A stretch of 56,678 nucleotides of DNA, the filler included, from Diploschistes diacapsis (taxonomy: Eukaryota): the NCBI GenBank assembly GCA_023645945.1. It is 6 parts of 6 records of this genome, joined end to end, with 100 filler letters (N's around TTAATTAATTAA, not from the genome) between each part and the next. Parts side by side here need not be neighbours in the genome. Positions count along the whole stretch, not along the records: positions 1 to 9,376 come from JALAIB010001048.1; positions 9,477 to 18,851 come from JALAIB010001049.1; 4 more parts are not named here. The stretch is one strand, 5' to 3'. The notes beneath the pieces are model-generated. The model had not been told where the DNA came from, did no database searches, and saw nothing but the letters and a program-made list of their open reading frames with translations. This document shows, in pieces, positions 1 to 13,054 of the stretch (its first letter is position 1; every line of letters begins with the position of its first letter). Both the position numbers and the translations under genes were made by a program.

Positions 1-794
1 GAGGAAGGGGGTTTGGGAGTACGGCGATTTGACGGAGGATTGAGGGGGGTGGGGACGAGAACATATGGGTTGGGAGGCTTCTGTGTGGGAGGGAAAGGGA
101 AAAGGAAAGGAAAGTGGGGAGATGGAGATGGAGGGCAGAGAAGTAGTTTGCATTTTTGCGTTGTGTATGGTGAGGCACGACATGTGTTTTGATGCGCCCG
201 CCTGTATGGTTGGATGGAGGGACGCGTTCGTGCATGCGTTTCTGTTGTAGCGTATCCCGCTTTGCTCCGTATGCGGCGGTATGCGTATATGCATGCACCT
301 ATATACCTGCAAATACATAGGCGGACTTGCCGTTGGTCTCGGAGCAGATGCGTCTACCAGTATTGAAAAAAAAAAAAAAGTTTAGTCAGTTGGCTAGCAT
401 TCGTCAAGGGGCCATATGATGGCATGATATTTCCTTTTGAATATAACATTTCCAGTAATATCGCTACCAAGCAACTTTCGTCACCTTCTTTTAGTTTCGG
501 CAAAGCCATCAGGGTTGACCAATTCTTCACTCAAAAGCAGCCAAGTGCATCAATAATTCTCTGATTGGCGTTCATCAATGTAGCGATATGTTCTTCATCT
601 CTAACTGCAAGTATTGGAAAGCATCCATGATACGTGCCTCTACCATCTAACATTTTCCTCTTCTTATCCTCTGATTTTACCTACCGCATTTGCACCCCAT
701 CTCTCCTTTCCCACGCCCTTGTCCTCCCCCTTATGCTACAGCAGCCGTGCACTCGATGCATTCCTGCTTTTCCCCCGCTCCTTCTCTCTCAAAT

Positions 795-1710
795 TTACTG
801 GGCAATGCCAATAACCCCACAAGCCGGCCTCGCACCAGCGTTGCCCGTGAGCTTGCTCTGCTCGTGACCGCCCCTTCCTAGGTCATCTGTGCCGGCGTGG
901 ACAACGATGGTGCGCTGTCAGTTCATGTGAGTATTTCCACCTTGTTTTTCTATCCAACAGAAGCTCGTTTCAAGAGAAAACTTACACCCAAAACACTGTT
1001 CTGGCCAATGAGTTCTATGTGCTTGTCGGTAATGGAGGCCTTGGAGTTGCCCTGGGAGTCCGTCTTGAAGTTGCCTAGGTCACCAACGTGGCGCTCCTCA
1101 TCCGTTCGGTCGCCGTGAGTTTTGGAGAAGGGGTTGACTAAGTCAAGGTGAGAGAGCGCGTTAGCTTTGACGATTCGAGGCGCGAAATGGAAAAGCCATT
1201 CCAAACGACTTCCTGTAAAAGCCGAAATAGATGTTGGAGGATGGAGTTGACCTCGCTATGACTGGGGGGCGGGGAGAGTGGGCTAACGTACAATGTGGTC
1301 CAGCGCTCGTGCAGCCGTTTGTGTTGTCACCAAACTGGTGAATGTGCATGCCCCTCTGCAAACGGTAAGATATGATCCTCTATGCCCACGTATTGGATGG
1401 ACAGACCTGGGCAGAAGGATCGCTGCCTGCAATTTCGTATGTGATGATCGTGGCCTGGCCCTCGCCTGATTGCTCGAACCAGACGGTGCCCGTAACATTA
1501 GAGTCACCGCGGAGGACAGCAACTAGGGAATAGTTGGTTAGCACAACATGTCCATGCAGGATACGCCTAGCATCAAGCAATCGCTAGGTCTTGGGACTCA
1601 AGTGAGAGGCCTGAACCAATCGCAACACATGATTGCTCAACGGCAACGGGAACGTGCTCAAATGGATTACAATTTTAAGACACTTTCACCAGCATACCTG
1701 CTTTGACCAT
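795..1710 (-). CDS. SOD1: Cu/Zn superoxide dismutase, 5 exons (1710-1698, 1522-1407, 1355-1292, 1137-986, 914-795)
   Basis: GT-AG splicing gives [14 protein letters not shown]...[24 protein letters not shown]...RHVGDLGN...[16 protein letters not shown]...[16 protein letters not shown]. All Cu/Zn ligands and both disulfide Cys are present. Confidence 0.97.
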
Positions 1711-2288
1711 TTTGAAGTTTGTTTTATCGTTGGATGTGGGAAAGCGAAAACGGGTTGACGATAAGGAAGGGTACTCTTCCTCCAAGAGCGTTGCTAGTAG
1801 TTAGTGGTAGTATATCGACGACAGTGAATGGGGGAGAAGAAAATCTTTCGACGCTCGAAGTGAAACTCCTTTATGGGACGGTGGCAACTTGGAATGTGAT
1901 GACAAGCGGGGCAGGCGCGGGGTCCAGCGTATTTGTAAGCCATGCAATCCAAATATCGACATCATCTCAGTAATAACAAGGGGATCATACGAGGGTCACG
2001 CCTCAATAGGCTCGACAGTACACTCACAGGGCACATTCCATAAGACGGGGGCGGTAGATTCGTGCTTTACAGTATAGATCCTATAGAAGATGAAAGTTCA
2101 ATCTGAACAACCCTCAAAACGCCCACACAACGATACCATGCATGAAACAGCCCAACCAACCATAAGAGTACTTAAGCGCAAATACCTCAAGTGAAGCCAG
2201 AGGGGAAGGAGCTTATGTGATGTGATGGGCCTCAACGCGACATATTTTCCAAACAAGGCCAGAAGCCTATCGATATTGGTGTTCGAGT

Positions 2289-4003
2289 TTAAATGGCATA
2301 CTCCAGAAGCTTCTTGAACCCAACCTTGATCTCATCCATCTCCTCATCAATCAACTCCTCAATCTCATGGAGTTTTTCCAGCTGGACGTTCTTGGCCTTT
2401 GGGCTCTCGTACGCGCCCTGGGAGATGATGCTGGAGTAATTGCTGGATCCACCGCCGTTCCAGGCCAAGACCTAAGGTGTTGTTAGTTGAAGATCGCCGA
2501 TCAAAGCCATAGGCATCACTTACGTTCTCGGTACTCGAAGGCACGTCAGTCAGCATACCACGGGTCCCGACAGAAATCAGATCTTTCTTCAGCTGCTTCG
2601 GCGTGACCTCAGCAACGGCAAAGGCGGAGTCCGAGGAAGGCTGCAGAGAGAGGAAGTAGGCTAGGAGACCGCAGATATGCGGCGAGGCCATCGAGGTACC
2701 GGAGATGGTGTTGATAGCGTGCTTGCTGCCCTTCCAGGTAGACTCGATGTTGAGACCGGGAGCAAAGATGTCGTTGCATTTGCCGTAGTTGGAAAAGTAT
2801 GCACGCTCATCAGCCAAGGTGGAAGCACCAACAGTGACAGCGTTCTTGGCAGAGGCAGGGGAGTAGTTGCATGAATTGGCATTGTCATTTCCGGCAGCGA
2901 CGGCGAAGTGAATACCCACATCGACGGCGGCGTTGACGGCTTTGTCGAGAGCGGGAGACTTTCCACCTCCCAGACTCATGTTAGCAACGCTACCCTTGAA
3001 TTTCTTGTCCTTCTTGCCCTGCTTGGCCGCATCAACCCTCTTGACGTGGCTGTCAGCAGCGAATTCAACGCCCTTGATCACATCAGCCATGCTGCCAGAG
3101 CCGTTAGACCGAAGGACCTTGACGGCGATGACGTTGGCCTGTTTAGCGACACCGTATTTCTTGCCAGCAACAGTACCAGAGCAGTGGGTCCCGTGGCCGT
3201 TGCCGTCCTCGTCCTCGTCGCCATTAGGAATAGTCTTTCCCCAGGTAGCGCGGCCCTCAAAATCGACGTGCTTGATGTTGGTACCGGTGTCAATGACGTA
3301 GGCATCGACCCCTTCACCACCATCAGAAGAGTAGAGGTATTTGTTGAATGTGCCAAAGCTCAAGCTCTTGCGATGCGATATCCGGGCCAGGCCCCAGGGC
3401 GCATTTTTCTCCGTTGTCGGGTCATCTTCGCTCATTGTATGAACTTCGGAGTCCTTCTCGATCCATGCTACCTATTGAGAAAGCAAAATTAGTCTTGTTC
3501 CGGTAATGGATAAAACATGCCTAGCTTATAGAGGTGCTCAAGTTATGGTCACGTGGGCATTGCGGCGACGGAGCGCCGGGAGATAAGCGATGATGCAATC
3601 AATGCACCGGCAAGCAGCAAGAACGACGTACATCTGGGTTCCGGCGGACCTCCTCAATCACAGCCTCGTCAAAGTGGCCAGAGTATCCAAGTAGACTACC
3701 TGGAATGTGGTAGGTGTGCTTCAAGCCTTCGAAGACAGTGTCGAGCACTGGGAACTGTGAACGTTTCCGAAGCTCCAACTTGCTGTCCTGGGTCTTTAGG
3801 TGCAGGTCCTGCACCCAGTCATGGTGAGCTGAAGCCGTCTTATGGGATACGCCATCCTTAAAGATGACAATGTAAGAGTCGGGGATGACTTTGGCATTCT
3901 GAGACGAAAGTACAGGAGCAGATTCCCGGTGGATGGTATCGATCAAGATGGGTGAAGCAGCTGCCAGCAAAGGCAGCAGCGAGCTGGCAAGGAAGCCCTT
4001 CAT
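2289..4003 (-). CDS. PRB1: Vacuolar subtilisin-like serine protease (proteinase B/cerevisin type, S8 with I9 propeptide), 3 exons (4003-3632, 3471-2524, 2471-2289)
   Basis: Signal peptide MKGFLASSLLPLLAAAS and I9 prodomain (IPDSYIVIFK). Catalytic motifs VIDTG, GNGHGTHCSGT and ISGTSMASPH, plus an acidic C-terminal extension typical of vacuolar subtilisins. Confidence 0.93.
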
Positions 4004-4561
4004 GGTGCACAAAAGGTGATTAGACTAGAGAGATGCAGACCATAGAAGACAACAAAAGACTGCTGAAGCTGAGATGACAGGTTGGAGGTTGGAGGTTGGA
4101 GGTGGATGGGAAAGGCTTAAGAGAAGTGAGAGAGCTCAAGACGTGGGAGATGACTCGGTCAGGCGATGCATGAGCTTGGTGGATTCTTGGTGGATTAGGC
4201 AACGGACTACGCTATGGGGGGTGGGGGAACCCTTCCTCCGGCCCGCCCTGTACTCTGCTCCCCCAGCCACAACACAAGCCACAGTTTGAGAGGCTTTTTA
4301 ACAGCGATAGCTCCGATAGCTCCGATTAATATCGATATCATACCGCCATAGTACCTACGTGCCTGCAATAGATATTACTCCAGTAAAAGGTATGTGTTGA
4401 GTATCGGGTTCGTTGAGTTCTCAAGCTTAACGTCAAATATCTGGTGAACCTATACTATAGATTTAGTGCTTGAAAAGCGCTATATATATTCTCCTGTTCC
4501 TTCGACACACCTGTGATGGTAACACATGATCTTTGCTCTCAGTGCCTGCCAAAGGAGAACC

Positions 4562-7500
4562 TTACCAAAGCGAAGGCTTCGCGTTTGTATCTTCATCATG
4601 GCCATGGCGTCCGTAAAGCAAGTTCAGGAGGACGTCTTGTCCATCTTTTAGCTTCTCGAGTCCTGGCATCTTGGCTTTTAAAATCTTAATATTCTCTGAT
4701 CGGCCTTGGCTCTCATGGGCCTAATAAAACCTGTGCAGTCCCGAGTGCCCGAGCATTATCTTCATTGGAAATTCCAGGAGAGTGGACAGCATCAATAACT
4801 TTATAGTGTCTGCGGTGGCTGATCCAGCTTCGACTGAGCGCGGACATGCCCACACATCGCGTGTGCCCAGTCGGGATGTTCAGGATGAAGAGTTGGGATA
4901 ACTTTCCGAAAGACGGCGACTGCTCTTTCCCATTCGTTGCATAGACAATATGCTTGGCCAGATTCGATTCTGTCATAAGTATGCCCACGTGCTTTTCGCC
5001 CAATATGCGGATAGCCATAGGCAGTAGCTCTTCAAGCAATCACCACCGCCTCTCTTGTCTTGCCTAGGTCGCACAATACCTTAGAGAAGTCATTGACCAA
5101 CCACATTTTATACGCATGTTCCTCGCCTAGTGTCCGTTTGCGAGAGTCCAAGACATTCTTCACAAGCCTTTCGGCAATCTTAAGTTTCCCAAAGCCCCAA
5201 AACTCAAGCTAAGCTCGTTCCGGGCCACCACCAACGTATCTGGATGTTCGGGACCAAAGTGCTTTCGTTTCTGTACGACAGCCGTTAAGAGTGCGTGCGC
5301 TTTTTTCGACGTTCCTTAAGATGTAGATATGTCCGTCCAAGGTTAAACATCGCATCTACTGTCTAGGGATCGTCTGGCCCTCGTTATTCCACTAAGCAAC
5401 CCATAGCCCTTTCTCTGTTCGTTAAGATAGATCTCTACATCCAGCGAGCCATAGACTAAGCGTAAGGTCGTTAACAGCTATACGATATTGTATATGATTT
5501 GGCTTCCAAGAAGGCCACATCACCCAGTGTCTAGCGATGGTCGCCTCCACTGCTTTTTTAGGATTCCAACCTGAATCTCAATGGCTTGCTTAATCTCAAA
5601 AAGGTTCCAAGTGTGTATGCCAGATTTTGTTCAGCGTCAAGAGTATTTTGGTGCCACCTTCCCTTCCTTTTCGATCGAAAGGTGATTATGTTTGTCTGTA
5701 GCCCCCGCGCTTGTTCCCCACGATCCATTGCATACACTGTTGCAAATGTAGATAATTCGAAAGCCTGCTTAGCAGTTTTGGGGTATCCTGGGAATAACTA
5801 AATGAGGACACGCACCGTCGAATCAATATGGGAAATCAGCATTCTTCTAAATGTGCGTTCTGATACAGCTAGTGAAGACACATTATCAGCAAGTATCGTA
5901 GCAGTCCAGCTTGCCCAGTACTTTTGCTCGGCTGGAGATAGCCTTGCTCGCGCCCCTTGATGCACCACAGGATGAAGCGTGCATAGGCCCTTCTCTGGAT
6001 CATGATCAATGATGGAGTTATCACCCAGAATGCGGAGTGCACGTCTAAAGCGTATATATGCTTGTTCACTCCAGTTTGATGTTTCTCGGAAGATTCGCGG
6101 ACATGCTAAGTCAACAGATCCCACTCGTGCATCGACTGGCTGCACACGACGAAGTAGAATCTCTGGAATAGATTCGAAATGCATGAACGCAAAGACATGA
6201 AGCAACTCAACTGCATATCCATGCCCCAGAGTTTGGCGGCTCGAAAGCTTTTTGAATGGTATCTCCCAAATCGTTATAATATTCGCATCCTCTGCCGTTG
6301 TAACAAAAGAGCTACCAATGGTTTCCTTCTAAAGGCCCAAGTAATAATGTAGATATCTATCTAGCGTATAGATATTTTGACGAATGGTGGCCCCGGCATG
6401 TGTAAGAGCCAGCGCAAGATAGCCGAGTTCAGAAGCAATATCGTGCGCGATGGCCTCTTTTTGGCGTTCTATATCAGCTTTGGGCCCCAAGCAAATGTGC
6501 AGATCTTAAGAGTAATTGGATAGCCTCCCCCGGCTCCATGCCTTGAAATCTGAAGTTTCCAATTGTTGCATATTCGATAGCCCGGGATTTCTTGTCGTGA
6601 TCAGAATGTGGCCTCTGCCGCCAGCGGGAAAGTATTTCAAAATACCCATCTCAAGATCATCAGCATTGTCCAAAACAAGAAGCCAGGATTTTCATGCAGT
6701 TAGATAGCCAATGCATTCCTGCGGCAAGCCTGGAAACCTTCCCCTGCCTGCTGACCAAGATATGAAAACCCTGACTCAACATTCTCAGCAGTACTTGCAT
6801 CTATCCAAAAGGCCCCCAATATCTGAACTGCAACTTAGTATTCCAACCTAACCTAGCTTCTATGGAAAACCATACCTTTCCCTGTTGTCTTCCACATATC
6901 TTAGACAGAATTGCGTTTTACCGGACCCTTCTAAACCGTAAACAACGAATATCTCACTCTCTTGGCGATCGCTGTCGTGAATGCTGTACTTGAACTTCTC
7001 TTGCAGGATAGCTCCATATCGGTTCCGTCCGGTGAAGTAATTGCTTGAGCATCGAGGAACGATAAACCATTCGTTTGGGTTGTCAAGGCTTGCTTCTTCA
7101 AACCTCGCTTCTTCTGGGCTTTGATATGGAGGTCGATGTTGAAGTAAAGTATGCGCTTCATTCTGATGTTCTGTTGCAAGCATGCGCAAATCCTCGCGCC
7201 ATCGCTCCGCTATCAGAGCTGGCGCCTCGAACGAGAGCCCCAAATAAGACTTCATACGCAGAATCAGAAGAGCTACTGGATTTTACCATGCCAGAATGTG
7301 TAGCCGCAATACCGCATCGCTCCGTATCGTGCCACGGCGGCGCTGCTGAGCCAGGATCGACCACCAAAGCTCTAGAGGCTCCGTTTTGCGTTTGGACCTC
7401 TTCCCAGAAATAGAAGATTGAGAATCTCTTCATCGAGGGTGCAAATTGATCGGTAATATCCTGAAGCATTCCGGATTCCTTTAGGAGGCTGATCATTGGA

Positions 7501-7960
7501 TTGACTGGGTCCATCATCTGCATTTTCATCCTGAAGTAATAGAGACGCTTTACTGATACCCGAACGAGACGTCCCAAGAAACAGGATACCATAAGTCGAG
7601 ACCTATATAGACAGCCGATGCTCGACAGCTGGCGCCGTACTAGCTCGAGACAATGCCAGGGCCCGCTTGAGTATGATACCTCCGAAGCCATGGCAGACGA
7701 AAATGATAGGATGACGCAGAGATTCTGCGAATTATCTATTTTTCCGGCAGTTCTGCGATCAGATTATCTGCGTATGGTAAAACTCGATCACTAGCACTCT
7801 GGCCCAGTGACACCAAGGCCGTCCGATCGCAACTGTAAATCAGCCTTCAGCTTCACATAGGGAAACAAGTCGTTGAGCCATATTGACCCAGTTCTTATAA
7901 CCGTCCAGGTTTCTTGCCAGTCTTCGTACTGCGACAAGACCAAGGTAGCTCCCATTAGTA
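4562..7960 (-). pseudogene. Decayed fungal NLR-like gene: alpha/beta-hydrolase-like (SesB/lipase-like) N-terminus, NB-ARC-type NTPase, TPR repeats (5' boundary approximate)
   Basis: Minus-strand fragments occur in the expected order but in shifting frames with stops: WLNDLFP, PIIFVCHGFGGIILKRAL, STYGILFLGT, HSGMVK, Walker A VYGLEGSGKTQF, Walker B WLLVLDNADD, GHILITTRNP, LGYLALALTHAGATIR, LHPVVH, then TPR-type units FGPEHPDTL, LGEEH and LGEKHVGIL. Confidence 0.8.
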
Positions 7961-8689
7961 TTCACGCTTTAACTCAGCATATTGTGGACCGTGCTCAACG
8001 GAGCTGCTATCGACGTGTATTCCTGTGAGTGCGCTCAGTTCTTTAATTGGCATATTAAAGGTGCGCTGTAATACGACGGAAATACATCGACAGACAACGA
8101 CCTGAATCTGGGTCTTATTGGCGGACGCTGTAGAGCAGGTGGTAAAGAGTTCTTAAGCTCAATGCCAAAAGCCTCGAATCGACAAATTTTGACGTCGAAG
8201 ATTCTGCAATGCTCCATCATTATCAGACTCTTCGTGCAGCCATTGTGGATCTGTCTCGCTGAGACTCCCGTCCCAGAACATTATGTGGCGGACTCCCACG
8301 ATAGCAGTCGAGGTTAACGAGCCGTTTTGTCGCCATGCTCGGATTCAGCGTCTAGTCGTGCACAGGATCGTAATATATAGGTGTGATTCAAGAAATTTGC
8401 GGAGTTTGACACTGTCAGCCGTGGCACACACTCGAGACCATACTTCTCATAAACATCGTAGATGTAATCTACGCTCCAAATCTACGACGTTTGTTGCGGG
8501 GCCTAACGCATTTGGTGTTGAAGAAGGTTCAGAGCCTTTCTCATCAAGTATGAAGTGATTCCTCGCGAATCATGGACTTTGGTCCGCCTGCTCGGTATGT
8601 GCTATTCTGCCTACTATAAAATTGTGTAACATATTTAGTGGCGCCCTAGTGATGCATTCTGCCTAGCTCGCTGTAGCTCTGCCAGGTAC

Positions 8690-8890
8690 CTAGATCTCTA
8701 TGTAATTTGCATACAAATGCATGTCACTTATAGAAATACGTAGAACTATATAGAATTAGATATAAAAGGAGTACAATTTCATTATTATCGTGCCTATAAT
8801 GACTTATAAAGTAAGCTATATAGCCATAGAGACTATATAGCAAAAAGAAATAGATACTAAAGCACCAAAAGGTGCTTAAAATGCTCTAAA
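8690..8890. other. AT/TpA-rich degenerate segment, probably RIP-mutated repeat DNA next to the transposon relic
   Basis: Abrupt AT rise with dense TATA/TAG words (e.g. ctatatagaattagatataaa, gctatatagccatagagactatatagc). Confidence 0.45.
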
Positions 8891-8899
8891 AGCAGCTTA

Positions 8900-9376
8900 A
8901 AAGCGTGCTTTTGGACCCTTCATAACCTCCCTCATGCCGTGCTCCTCCTCCTCCGCCCATTATGCCCCCCTCCGCTCCACCATCACGCCGCCTGCGTCCC
9001 TGCGGATCGCGATGGCCATACCACAGGCCACGCGATCCCGCGTCATCTTCCTCCTCTTTATATCGACACTGCGCGTAGCAGGTCTCGATTCGGCATCGCC
9101 GCTGCGCCAATGGCGGCAGCGATACCACGTGGTGCTTCCAGACGTCCTGTTGGACGTCCAGAAGTTGTCCACGTATGGCCAAAGCGCGTCAAAATCCGCC
9201 ACGGTCACCCGCAGGGTGTCCGCGACGGCAAAGAGACGCGCCCTCCACGCCGGGAGGTCCGCAGGGAAGCTGTAAAGCCTCCCCGCAGCAGGCAGCGGCG
9301 GCAAAGGGGGGCGAGGGCGAGCGGGCGCGGCGGGCGCGGCGAGCGCGGCGAGGGCAGGCGAGGCAGGGGCGGTGGG
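8900..9376 (-). mobile_element. Fragment resembling the N-terminal (DNA-binding) region of a fungal Mutator-like (MULE) transposase; cut by contig end
   Basis: FPADLPAWRARLFAV...LWPYVDNFW...YRCRHWR...KRRKMTRD..ACGM is colinear with the relic at 46460-47233. The MULE assignment rests on recalled similarity; no DDE domain is present. Confidence 0.55.
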
Positions 9377-9476
9377 NNNNNNNNNNNNNNNNNNNNNNNN
9401 NNNNNNNNNNNNNNNNNNNNTTAATTAATTAANNNNNNNNNNNNNNNNNNNNNNNNNNNNNNNNNNNNNNNNNNNN
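9377..9476. other. Artificial contig spacer (N44-TTAATTAATTAA-N44)
   Basis: Exactly 100 bp; the core has stops in all six frames; five identical copies in the window. Confidence 0.99.
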
Positions 9477-9832
9477 TTCTTCCCCCCGTAGCCAAGCCAC
9501 CCAGGGTATCCCCCCTCATCCTCTTCTAACGGCGACGCAGCAGCAGCAGCAGCGCCTCCCGTTTATAAAACCAGCGCCAGCGCCAGCGACGAGATCTGCA
9601 AAAAAAAAGTTTTGTTCTTACTACGAGAATAAAGAAAAAAGGAGTTATCACGTGACATGAGCTTGTGCGCAGTTTGTGGTCTGGCGTATATATATATAAA
9701 GACCGGGTGCCCTCCATTTCCTCTATTGCTCGTTTCAAGATCAACTCCCACGCCATGTCGGACTCTCTCAATCTTTTCTGCCGTTTGGCGATTCGTTTTC
9801 CAAGCCCCACAACAAGCTCTTCTTATTCCCAT

Positions 9833-11563
9833 CATGGCAGGCGAGAATATCATGGCAGGGTCTAGCACCGGACAAGTGCCAGCAAACAGAAAACACAGGC
9901 CGGGGTTGTTCAAGGGACGAATCTTGCGCTATATGTGGCACATGTGTACATGTCTCTGAAAGGACGCTACCAACGCGCATACCCCTAGGGATGCTCCCGA
10001 CTGCACTTCCCATCGTACTGTGATCAGAAAGGATCAGAGGTGGATTGAAGACTTCCAGATCATTGGGCTATTGCCTCGAGGCTCTAGGAGGTCTTCGTTG
10101 ACTGACAAATGTCACACACGGCAAGACTGTGCCGAAGTCATCGGCGGAAGCGCCAGAGGAGTATCCTTTGGAGGGATACCCAGTTGGCAGAGCCAGAACA
10201 AGAGCGAGATTATCAAGATCGGGGAGCTTGATCCGAACAGAGTCTCTCAGACCGTTAAAGATAAATCCCCCCTCCCTGAGATAGCTCCCAATACATACTT
10301 GATTGTTCACCGCTTCAAAGACGCAGAGAAGATCACTCGATCCACGCACGCTTGTACGTTATATTGGTCGCATTGTACCTGACTCTTGAACTCGGCTTTC
10401 CGGGCAGCTACTGGCCAAGGATGGTAAACATGAATGCTAGGGGTAGAAGGGACGAAGGAGGAAAAGTGATATCGTTTGCAAAAAGTAGCAAGGAACAACT
10501 GTTAAGGAAGATACACCTTTCGCGACCTCAATTCATCCAATGGATCCCAGAGTATGTCGAAGGCTTCTTGATATAAGTTGACCGGCGGGACATGAAGGCT
10601 TGACGCCATGACTGAACATCGAAGTGCCCAAGGGTCTTTGAGATGCTGCCTCATGACATCGTCTGCTCCATCGCCAACCATCCGACGCCGCATGAGGCGT
10701 ATCAACTAACGATGGCATCTCCGGTGACTTCAAAGGAGCTGGAGCCAGCAGAGTAATTGTGGAAGGCTTACCAAATCCGACATGCCTTGCCTCCGGGAGG
10801 AAATCAGCTGAAGCAAGATCTACTGCTACCTCAGCGGCGGAGCCACATTCCAGTCGGAGAGCAAGTTGCCTGGGCTGGTGCATGGAAGGCACGTTTGGAA
10901 GCAGTGCCTGGTTTTATCGGAACGGTACGTGCAGAAGTGCAAACGCGTCGCTGGAGGAACCTTCCTCTCCAGCTCCCTGGTGGCAGCGCTATCTATGGTA
11001 GTTGAAACATTAATGTTGGCTAGCTCTCACGGTTTCTGGAAAGAAGGATTAAAAACATGACAATTGTAGAAACTGGCACCAATCCATCTTCAGGGCCTTT
11101 CCATCGTTAGGTTCTTATCATTCTCGACTGGCAAAGCAAGTTAGTTGTAAAGTCCCCATCTATAGCCGAAATGTAGTTCAGTCGTTTCCCGCTTTGCCCG
11201 CTGCTTTCCACTAGAAGCCGATAGTGCCCAAGCCTCTGAAAAGTCAGGATCGGGGCGAATTGCAATATGTGGCGAAGTCCAGATGCTAGCAGATCTTAGT
11301 AGCCCGTGTTCATCTTCCAGCATAAATCTTTGTACAAACCATTGAGAACTCGTTGCTCCTTGAGCAAACTAACAGTTGAATACAGATCTGCGCTGCATCG
11401 TGATGAGCACATGCGAGAGGCAAGCAGGGGCACGGCCGCTTCCGCCTTTATTGGACGGGTAAATTTCAAGTTTAATTTGAATACTCTGTTGCAGCTGGGG
11501 AGTGGGATCATACGATTCCTTGGTCAACGCTGTGCTCGTTGCTCCTTTCATTCCCAGTCTTGA
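9833..11563 (+). pseudogene. Possible decayed F-box-type gene (boundaries uncertain)
   Basis: Chain of short same-strand ORFs. At about 10634-10770 the translation VFEMLPHDIVCSIANHPTPHEAYQLTMAS...E*LW has F-box-like spacing with an in-frame stop. Confidence 0.28.
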
Positions 11564-11784
11564 CCATCTTCTTGTCACTCCTTGTCCATCAATTGTAATA
11601 TTCTTTGGTGTTTGTCACGATACTGCCGTGTGGCTTTGACCTTGTAAGAAAGCAGCTGATAGAACGCTGAATACAGAGGTCCCATCGTTCGAAAAAGCGG
11701 CGCGCACACAACACAACACACACACACACGACAGATCTCACCACTCTTCGGGTTATCAATTGAGTCGACATACCATTGTCCATC

Positions 11785-13054
11785 ATGTCTCTCGACACCC
11801 TCAAATCCCTTCACTTCCCCACCCTGGACGAGCCCTTTGGCGTCTCCCTTTGGCCCGTCTTCGAAAGAGCATGGCTCTCCTTCCGCAACTTCCCGCCCCA
11901 GAACTTCAAGTTCGTACCCGGCGTGACGCCGATGAGCACTATCCAAGAGACGGTGATTGCGCTGGTGGCATACTATGTCATAATTTTCGGCGGCCGTGAG
12001 CTGATGAAGAGCCGTGAGCATGGGTTTTCGCTGCATAAGATCACAATGGCGCATAATCTGTTCCTGACACTGTTCAGCGGCAGTCTGTTGGTGCTTTTCT
12101 TCGAGCAGCTGCTGTCGACAGTGGTGAGGAAGGGCATTTTCTTTGCCATCTGTGATCAGGATGGGGGGTGGACGAATCGATTGGTCGTGCTATATTATGT
12201 GGGTATCTCCGTGTGTGTCGCGTCTTGTGCTGGGCTGCGCGGCTGACGGGGCATAGTTGAACTACGTTACCAAATATATCGAGCTGCTCGACACCGTCTT
12301 TCTGGTCCTGAAGAAGAAGCCTCTTAGTACGCTCTCTATTGCCCCGACAACAGTGTTCGCTGATGTCTCTTAGCCTTCCTGCACACCTACCATCACGGCG
12401 CCACAGCCCTCCTCTGCTACACCCAGCTCATCGGCCTAACCCCCATCTCCTGGGTGCCCATCACCCTCAACCTCGCCGTCCATGTCATCATGTACTGGTA
12501 CTACTTTCAGAGCGCACGCGGCGTACGCATCTGGTGGAAGAAATATATCACCGTCTTCCAGATCGTGCAATTCGTCATCGACCTCGGTATGTCACATCGA
12601 ACTCCCTTTACCAACTCACATTCTCCCATTTCTTTCCCCTCGCTTCTCCCCTTCTTTCCCATCTTCCAATTTCTTCACCAGCTTACTGACGCCTCCCCCC
12701 AAAGGCTTCGTCTATTTCGCGTCCTATACCTATTTCACGTCCACCTACTGGCCGTGGATGCCCAACTATGGGCGCTGCGCGGGCGAGGAATTCGCCGCCA
12801 TCGCCGGCTGCGTCATCATCTCCTCCTACCTCGTCCTCTTCATCTCCTTCTACGTCGTCACCTACCAGAAGGCGGGCAAGGCCGGTCGGCCCCGACGGAA
12901 CACGGCTACAAAGGCCACCATCGATATGGCCCGCGCCGAGATCCCGAGCGTTGGGGTCATTCCGGATTCGCACGAGGGCGCTAATGGCGGCATCAATGGC
13001 CAGGCGAAGACGACGGGGAGGGCGAATGGGACGATGAGGTCGAGGAAGGCGTAG
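11785..13054 (+). CDS. ELO2: GNS1/SUR4-family very-long-chain fatty acid elongase, 4 exons (11785-12198, 12257-12326, 12374-12586, 12705-13054)
   Basis: [23 protein letters not shown], His box [21 protein letters not shown] and a basic C-terminus SRKA; canonical introns. Confidence 0.92.

Noticed and set aside
2661..3861. Several 100-190 aa ORFs overlapping the subtilisin gene
   Set aside because: Antisense or off-frame shadows of a codon-biased gene. The same applies to the ORFs over YJU2, IME2, MRPL9 and YPI1.
9421..9432. Palindromic TTAATTAATTAA recurring about every 9.45 kb
   Set aside because: Always centred in exactly 88 Ns; it is an assembly linker, not a biological periodic element.
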